Shown here: positions 42,440-64,000 of the stretch, piece after piece
Numbering within the stretch: position 1 is the first letter of the stretch
Layout: each line of letters starts with the position of its first letter
Source: Hormiphora californensis
Lineage: Eukaryota > Animalia > Ctenophora
DNA length: 64,000 nt
Direction of reading: 5' to 3'
NCBI GenBank assembly: GCA_020137815.1
Contig: CM035357.1
Span: forward strand, 4,092,001-4,156,000
The notes under the pieces: model-generated
What the model was told of the DNA's origin: nothing
Seen by the model: the letters and a program-made list of their open reading frames with translations, nothing else
The model's database searches: none
Position numbers and translations under genes: made by a program

Positions 42440-45400
42440 TCACAGTATCGAACAACAAGATGTCTGTGAGCAATCGTTGGGTGATTTTGTAATGTTGAAG
42501 GAGGGATCTGTTGTTAACTTTGATTGGGTCATCTCGCGTCGCTCAACCAATTTTCTGAAACGGAAGTAGTATTTAAAATAGAGCCGCTGACATCACAACC
42601 ATGGAAATTTGGCTGGAAATCTTGAGATATCCAGGTTTCCGATCAGTTAGATTCCTAACCACAATATCTCATATTCGGGGAATCAAGAGTGTTGTTGTTG
42701 GTTTGTCAGACCAATGCTCTGACCAGTGCAGTTCTCATGAAAGTAATGGGAATTTAGGGTCAGGCCAATGATACGGTTGTTCGGCAAATGAATTGTTTAC
42801 ACGTGGTTTTATATGGGTGCTTACCTGACAAGATCTAGGCCGACTTGTTTGATATTTTTACCGTCTTTAGCACTGACTTCCACGAAGTCTGCCTCGTAAA
42901 ACTGAGGAAGTGCTTTGTCAGAAAGGGATGCTAAAATTAGTTCATGACGACGACATTCATAGAAGGACATTTGACATTTGAGAATGACAATCGATTCAAA
43001 GAAGACGCTAAAAGTAAAAATTGTCAGACCACTGGGGAAATGACATCAGACTCAAAAGAGTTGGGAAAATGAATAGTTTTCGAGTTATTGTTTCTAACTT
43101 CGACTTGGAGTTAGAAATAGAAGAAGGGAATACATAATATAGGAAGAAGAGGGAACTTACATCTGCAAGTTCAGCTGCCATTTCACGAGATACACACCGA
43201 ACGTGCTCCAGATCGAGCTTATTGCCCACAATTGTCATAGGCGCTGACAGTTGCCCCGATTCCTGTAACATACATAATTCGGTGTTAGAATCAAGAAGTT
43301 GATCTGCTGAATTTAGTAGTGGGCGAATCGTTTAAATGCAGGGATAGGAACTAACATATCTTTTTAAAAAGATCTTTACGGTTCTCTCACATAAAATATG
43401 ATATACACCGTCTGGCGCCGCAGACCCCATCTGAGGACTGAGAATCAAATCGGGGCGTGGCGCCGCCAGACAGCATATAATACACGTGTATGTATTGGTC
43501 AAAGTAGTGCTGAAGTACCCCCTGTTTACCTGGATGCATGTGACCCAATTCTGAAGGTTTAGAAATGATTCCTCATGTGTGATATCGTATACCAGGATAA
43601 TCCCATCTACCTTCCTGTGTTGATGAGAGATTCAATAGTAATAATCGCTTAATATAGCTTTTAACCGGTACTAGTTCACTTGTCAAGATGTCTCATTATA
43701 TATGGACGAGGTTAAAAGATAAAATTAATGATATCGTTAATATATTCTGGCGAGTCATGTCTAGCGCTCACCAGACTGATCAATTATGATGCGTCTGAAC
43801 CGAACTAGACAATCCATTTCGATTGGAACAGGGAATGAGCCAGACGATGTGATTCAGACGTATGAAACTCGCTTTCTAAAGAATTTGATATAATTTTCCC
43901 TATAATATTGGATAGTTTATGTTACCTAAAATAGCTTTGAGTGATAGATCGGAATCGTTCTTGACCCGCTGTATCCCAGATTTGAAGGTTTTCCTCCGTC
44001 CCATTCAAACTTATCGTCTTGGTTTTAAAATCCAGACCTGGGCGAGGTTATGTGTTAAAAATGAGATGTTTGGATGATATCGTTCTCTTCTATGTACTTT
44101 TTCTCTTTAAAGTAAGAGAGACTATTTTCTTCTTACTAAAGATTTTAACTAGCTACTAGATATTTGCAAGCGAGATAGCCATTAGACTAGAAAATATGTA
44201 ACATATACATATCAACTATGAAAATAATGATAAAACACATACCAAAGCTTGGATTCATCTTTTCGTTGAAGGCATCATCGCACAGTCTGAGCATGAAACT
44301 ACTTTTACCAACTCCACTATCTCCCACCAGGATAACTTTGTGTGGCCCTAACTGAGGTTCCTCCTGCAGAGAAATTGGGGCGTTAGAGATCACAGGGAAA
44401 TTAGGGCATTCGAGATCACAGAGCTAGGATAGGGTGTTATAATTTGAATTATGGATTAGTTGTGTAGTAAGTGTCTAGCTTGAATGTGGAAAGTCAATAA
44501 TTTATTTCTATGTTTTGTTGATTTCAAAAGTGGTTAACTGATGAGTAATTCTATTTCGAAATGGTGAAAGAATCCCAAAGAAATTTAAATATCAGTTGGA
44601 TAAATTTGAAGTAAAAAGGTTGTTTGAGGTTTGATCGTATTTAATGGTATTGAACGGAATCGACACAATACTGTCTGACGTCATTGAAAGTTGTTCTTTG
44701 TCTCTCGGAACCAAATTTCTCGAGAATAAATTTATTCTCGAGAAATTTGGTTCCAAGAGACAAAGAACAACTTTCAATGACGTCAGACAGTATTGTGTCG
44801 ATTCCGTTCAAGAGATTGGATGTATTGGCTGGACTAGAAAATTAATAATCTAGAATACTACCCCCAACGCCCTTAAAAATAGGGGCCACTTGTGGGTAAA
44901 AGAATATATACCGGAGAAGTATTTAACTTATTTAACTCAATGAATATATTTAAATAGAGCCAAACTGTGTTGTATATTTTGTGCTGTTACTCATTAAACA
45001 TTCATTGAGTCATTGACGCAAGGTAGATGTTTGATTGTTTGGACACCTTTCTAAAAGGGCCCAACAAAGCAAGCTCAACTGTCGCTTGTAGTAGAGAAAA
45101 GTTAGCTAGTGATTGCTACAAAGTCATTAATTAGTTAATAAGTTGAAATTTAAATACCTGCATCGGTACTGCCATGTATCCACATGTTACTGCATCCTGC
45201 AGGTGCAAAATTATTGCAAATCAAGAAATGTAGGGAGAAAAAACAGCGACGTTTCAAGAAAAAAATGATGAACAGATAAAAGTTGATGTATTTAGTTGGT
45301 AAAGAAACGATTTACTGGGAAGACACACACACTGGTGCAGCACACCTGGAAGCTTCTCGCCTGTCCAACAGAGTGTATCTAATACGTTTAACTGTATTGT

Positions 45401-45833
45401 GTGTGGGTGACGTGTGTCTGTCTGTCTGTCTGTATGTGGGTGCATGAAGCGGACAGTAGCTATCTAAACCCTCTCTCACCTCTCTTTTTTGCTCTGCCGG
45501 GTGGTCGCTTCTCTTACTCCCTACCCAGGGTTGCGGATCGGAGTTCCGGTGAAAACAAAACCGTTCTGCACCATTTTGGCTGGTCAAGGTCAGCGAACGT
45601 GCCTTTAGACCATCTCTCTGGCACGCCCAGCTTGTCGGGTGTGATTTAGGCTTCCTGACAATGCTCGTGGTGTCACCCTGCTCCCCTGCCAGGTTTCCCA
45701 AGCTCTTCCACAGTCGGACCTCCTGGTCCGAGTTGTAGACACTGAGGAAGTTGTTGTTGTTGCCCCATCCCGCGGTGGTTTTACTGGTTCTACGGTTGAG
45801 GTTACCATCACTACCGACCATGACAGAAATAAG
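42440..45833 (-). CDS. C-terminal Rab domain of a large Rab (RASEF/CRACR2A/Rab44 family)
   Basis: Exons 45833-45480, 45196-45158, 44363-44243 ([15 protein letters not shown]), 44037-43926 ([18 protein letters not shown]), 43614-43530, 43262-43161 (GNKLD), 42901-42825 (EVSAK) and 42554-42440 (ends CCSIL). Confidence 0.88.
44650..44811. repeat. Near-perfect 162-bp palindrome
   Basis: Arms of about 80 bp with one mismatch and almost no loop. Confidence 0.9.
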
Positions 45834-46109
45834 CTACACAAAGAGTCGAGTGAGCTACAACTATCTAATACAACCTAGATGGCATGTCACGAAAGTGATT
45901 TGCAGTGCGAGGTACAGTAACCAACCAACAACTTAGTTACAACTTAGCTTGCAGAATAATCCAAACAAGGCAAAATTATGATTTCTATGGAAGCATATGC
46001 AGTTGCAAAACCAACGTCACAAAACGTTTTGACATTTCTTGACGTAAATTCCCTTGATTCTTGAACCAAGTAAAGAGCTTTCAACAATAGCCTGTCATCT
46101 AAAGAAGAG

Positions 46110-46239
46110 GGCCATTCTACTGTGTGTTGCTTGCAATAAAAGCTATACAGATCAGAGCTAACCGATAACTGTAGATTCAAGTTATATGGGATAAAAGCTA
46201 CAACAACGCAAAGATCAAAATTTTCTCCGATAGAGAGAG

Positions 46240-46295
<56 letters not shown>

Positions 46296-46415
46296 ATTCT
46301 ACTGTGCGTTATTTGCAAGAAAAGCTATACAGAGAGCTAACCGATAACTTTAGATTCAAGCTATATGGGATAAGCTACAACAACGCAAAGATCAAAATTT
46401 TCTCCGATAGAGAGA
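46110..46415 (+). repeat. Local duplication of about 120 bp separated by (AG)n
   Basis: gccattctactgtg...aaaattttctccgatagagag occurs twice. Confidence 0.85.
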
Positions 46416-47670
46416 GAGAGATCAGTTCCTAATGATCGGAACGTGCAGCTGTGCTTGTGATAAACGATATTATATAGGGCTACTACTACGAATTCTCTCA
46501 TTTTCCTGCACCCACCATGCCAACAACTCAACCCTTTCTCTCTCCCTCGATATGCCAACACTAAACACTTTACTCAGATCCCTCCATCGATCCTCTCAAG
46601 CTACTGCTGGGAGCATGACCAGGACATGTATACACCTGTACCTGGACCGGTGTTATCTCGGGTTACCCATCTCCGCTCTTTCCCCTTCTCTCTACTCTCT
46701 CACGCTCGAGTTACCTCATCACTAACCATCGTGCGGAGGGAGTGCAAGTGACCCTGTGTTTGGTGATGCCATCCCCTATTATTTTATGCCCCTATGTTTG
46801 AACCACGAGAGTTCACCACAAGGGTCACTGATCCCTCCACATGTCTCCACCGCGGACGGCGCCGTCAGCCCTACACAGCTGATCAAGAGAAGACACCAAC
46901 CAGCATTTTTCTAATCTTCTTTCTCGTTAATCTCAGCTACTAACAATATATCAAGCTCATCTATATAATCTATAGTAGGTAGCGAATGAGGGTACATGCT
47001 CGGCCACAAACCACCTGAATCTCTCTCTTCTACTTACTCCCTGGCTCCCCCACTTCGTCTTTTCTCTCCTTCTCTTTCTCTCTCTCTCTCCCTATCTCTC
47101 TCTCTTTCTCTATCATTACTCCGAAACGTGCCCCTACTGACTGTAAACAATCTGTGGTTGACACCTGGGCTGTGTATACTTACTGGCAATTCTATTACCA
47201 ACCCAGACCTCCACATCTATCTCTCTCTTTTCTCAATAATTCCTTCCATATGCAATAATGACAGTTTTCCGTTTTCCTAATTTGAAATGTAATTCACGTC
47301 TCCCCTTGAAACTATACCGCGTCATCTTGGGATCTCTAGCTATAAAATAGCACCTATCACGTCCAAAAACTATCGCTGCATGTGTGCAGACTGTCACAGC
47401 TGTGCCATATGCCAAGTCATTACGCGATCTCTCACTCTCTATCCCTCTCACTCACTCTCTCCCCTTCTCTCTCTCTCCCCCTCTCTCTCTCTCACTCTCT
47501 CTCTCTCTCTCTCTGCCTCTCTCTCAAGTAACAGATGTTGGTGTCGGACCCCCTCGCAATCCCACCAACGGCCCCACCATTGCTAACAAAGCAGGTACTG
47601 GCATCCTTGTTAGACAAACGAAGAATCTTGACAAAGAGATCATATACGATAGGCAGAGAGAGAAACAGCA

Positions 47671-47708
<38 letters not shown>

Positions 47709-49141
47709 ATCGCTGACAAAAAGGTAGCACTTGCACATAATCATGGACTGCAGCTGTAACTCCACAATAGGATCATCTTGTATCATATATAGAGGAGTGT
47801 GCTCACAAGACAAAATGCTACCAACTAGATGATGTAGGTGGGATAAATCGGAGTTTTGAGTAGAAATCGGGGACACGCCAAAACATGATGAAGAAGAAAG
47901 TCGGCAGGCCGGATGTCATGGATGAAGCCTCTTCAGTCAATGAAGATGAACTACTTAATTAGTTACCCTACAACAGCTCTTACCTGGCTAAAAGCACGAC
48001 AGAATCTTACGATCAGTCCAGCGGAGGGAGGTGGTGATAAGGTCTCAGGTCTCCCCGTACAAAAGTCAAGCATAATGTATGTGAGAGGGCAGAGAGAAAT
48101 AATGCCAAACCTCTTTCTCTGGCAGTGTACAAATATGTGTGTGCACGCTGTTATACACGGGAACGTATGCCAATTTGAGGCTGCCACGGAAAGAAAGAGG
48201 GAAGAGAGATAGAGAGAGAAATAGAGAGATAGAGAGAGAAAGAAAGGGAAAAGAGAGAGATTTATGGGTTAGAGAAGAGGATAGAAGCTACTGTCCTCGT
48301 ATGTGTTTTTAGTATGTGTTTTTAGTATGTAATGGCATGGGGGTGGTTTGTGGAGCGTAAATGTCAAATTTGTAGAGTTTCGTAACGCGTCATATACGTT
48401 CCCAAAAGTAAACAGAAAAGGGGCAGTCCAAATAAAGTAAATATTCCTTGTTAAATTTTAACAGTTTAGTTAACTTGTCAAAGAATTCAACAACTGACAG
48501 AATATCCTGTCAGTTGTTGAAATCTTTGACAAGTTATGATACAGAATATTATAGAATATTCTGTATCATTATAGAATCGATGAATCCTCGAAACTGGTAT
48601 TCTGGTATTCAATTCTCCGCATCTAGAACTCTGAGACTCTCTCTTTCCCATTCTAAAATTAGCTGAACACATGCAACGACCCCAACGCTCTCTATACGAA
48701 ACACAAGAACAGGCAGAACGGTGTGACTGTCATAAGGATAGAGAAAGAAAGATAGGGAGAGAGATAGATCGGGATTGCGAATAGCGCTAACCGCGACAGC
48801 TACAGGAAGTGAGTATAATATCCACACTGAGAGTTTAGTAGAATCGAGAGAGAGAGACATAAACACTGGTAGAGAGATGATTCGGGATGCACTGGGCTGC
48901 CTAGAGAGAAAATAAGCCACAAGCTAGGATCATTGTGTACAAAACCGTGCATAAATTCTGCAGTGGGAGAGATAGACGAAGAGATAAATAGAAGTACAGA
49001 GAGCGCATTATGCTCCATGGAATAGTTGCAGTTGCAGAGAAGGGAGGAGGAGGAGTTGAGATTATACAGGGAAGTCGAGCAAGCAGTGGTAAATTAGTAT
49101 CACAGCATGGGCAATTGGACCATTCTTATCTCTCTCTTATG

Positions 49142-49217
<76 letters not shown>

Positions 49218-49787
49218 TCGCTTCAGTGTATTGGACCTCGGTATTGGACCTTGGTATATACACTTTGACCATTAATCGCTTTAATTTACAAATTACATAT
49301 AAAACTATTTTTCCCAGAATTTTATTTTTCGTTTGCTCTTCGGTTTGAATATATATCGGTTTCATCTCATCACTTGATGACGTCAATGCTAATGTCGCGT
49401 GCACTATGTGGTTTCAGATATATAGGCAAGTTAAGAATTGTAGAATATTCTTATTCGTTTAGCTGAATTCAGGAAGCTTGTACAAGCACAAAAACACTTG
49501 CACCGAAAAAAAGTGCCCGTTTTTCTTACAACAATAAAGAACTGACCTACGAATTTTTACCAACTATAGCTAGGTTCCGGTAATTCGGGGGCCTATAAAC
49601 TAGAGAAAAAACAACAGCTGCTCGATCTGATCTGAAAATTACACGACGAAGGGGCTGTGATAAGAAGTGGGGCCTGTGAGAGAAATTTACTTAGAATTGA
49701 TGTCAAGGGACCATATAATATATTTGATTGAGAACAGGATTACACTTGCAACTTCATCAGAAAGTGAGAGGGAAAGAGAGAGAGAGG

Positions 49788-49886
<99 letters not shown>

Positions 49887-51356
49887 AGAGTGGGAGATAC
49901 ATGGATGGAGCTACAGAGATCATACAGTACAGCCATGGAAGATAGATTACACACACTCCAGGGAATCAGAGATCCTGGGTCTGGCATTAGCCTGGGAGAG
50001 AGAGAAGGGAAACGATGTAAAGGGAGAGATCCAGAGGGAGGTAGAGAAAGAGAGAGATGACATTTTAGAGAGAGAGGGGGAGACTTGGAGAGCCATGATA
50101 CTGCATATATCTCCACTGCTGCTGCTGCAGAGGTGCTTAAAAAAGAAGATGGAGTAAGATAGATCTTAGGATTTAGACACGAAAGAGCCTAGCTAAATTT
50201 TGAACTGTTTGTTTTCGATTTAAATTTGATGCTCGGATAGTTTGTTAGCACTCTAAACGATGTCTAATGAGTATAGTGGTGAAAATCAGACAATGCACAA
50301 ATCTGTAATACAATAGACTGTGTGCTGCGATTAAAGCCTATAAACGAGACAAGTAAACAATTCAAGACATCAGAAAAGAAGATAATCAGATAGAGAGATA
50401 GAGAGAGGGAGAGAGATTGAGAAAGAGAGAGAGAGAGGATGGAAAGGAAGAGGGTAGAGTTATTATAGGAGGTACATACAGTTCATTGGATTGCTCGATA
50501 ACGAGAGCATTGAAAAAGAGAGAAGCAAATGATAGCGTAGAGTTTGGAAGAAATAGATTTGCATAATTGGTTGTTATTATCATTAGGTCTTATCATAATC
50601 TAAATATACCGTTTTAGCATTAATTTTAGTCAGTAATTATTGTCGTCCTGTAAATCAATGCATCATTGGGTAGTCAAGAAGTTACATGAATCGAATTTAT
50701 TGAATAGCGATCAAGTGGTACCTTTATAATTATAAAGGACTTGCATGAAAAAGTATTAAAACGGGGTAAACGTTAAATACCGTTAAATCGACCGATTGAA
50801 TAAAGAGAGCTAGCCGATCATTTATCCCACTGGGTATAACATGTTATGACGCGGTGTGCATGGGCACTAAATACTGTAACAGCTGCTGTGAGGTGTTCAC
50901 ATGTGCAATACAGACATAAATTTCCCCTTGACGCGAGGAAAATGTTACATCATCATCTTCTTAGCATATTTACCCGCTACTACTAAGTTACTATGGTTAC
51001 AACATTAATTATATTAGCTGGTACTATGGTAGCAAGGTACTAAGAGTTAGATAAGACTAGTTATACAGATGTCACATAATCACACTATCGTCTCAGCTGC
51101 CTCTTCGAGAAACTCTCTTATATAATATCTTCTATCAAGTATATATTAAAATTAGTTAACCCTATCCACAGAGGAAGTGATTATCCTGCAACAGCTGGAG
51201 AATCACTTCCTCTGGAGACCAGAGGAAGACTCGAATCCATGGCTGCTTCGTGTGAGCGGACAAGAGACAGGTATAAGCTAGCTATACCAATATTAAAACC
51301 CATGCATAAGTTAGCCTAAAGGTATTAATCCTGTCTTGTATTCCAATTGTACTTAC

Positions 51357-64000
<12,644 letters not shown>

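Overview
Eukaryotic, intron-rich, repeat-rich animal DNA, most likely a ctenophore (Pleurobrachia-like). This is inferred from recognisable repeat families and a lineage-type secreted domain, not from a database search. Genes read from spliced exons, in order: an intronless PB1 plus NBR1/FW-domain gene (+), VPS26 (+), a secreted protein with an unnamed domain (+), an ANTP/NKL homeobox gene with an eh1 motif (+), an aquaporin (-), a secreted single-domain beta/gamma-crystallin (-), a BTB-BACK-Kelch gene (-), FKBP15 (+, many single-base frameshifts) and a large Rab of the RASEF/CRACR2A type (-) whose probable N-terminal exons run off the window end. Mobile DNA is abundant: a 5'-truncated Penelope-like element with a 3' hammerhead ribozyme nested in MITEs, MITEs or foldbacks of pogo/Tc1, Harbinger, hAT, Chapaev and possibly Academ type, a probable solo LTR, three-hairpin 'cloverleaf' elements and many (AG)n microsatellites. 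The most unusual signal is a family built from a 23-bp palindromic unit (CTGTCAG-N9-CTGACAG). It occurs both alone and as paired direct repeats, flanked by 8-bp target duplications.
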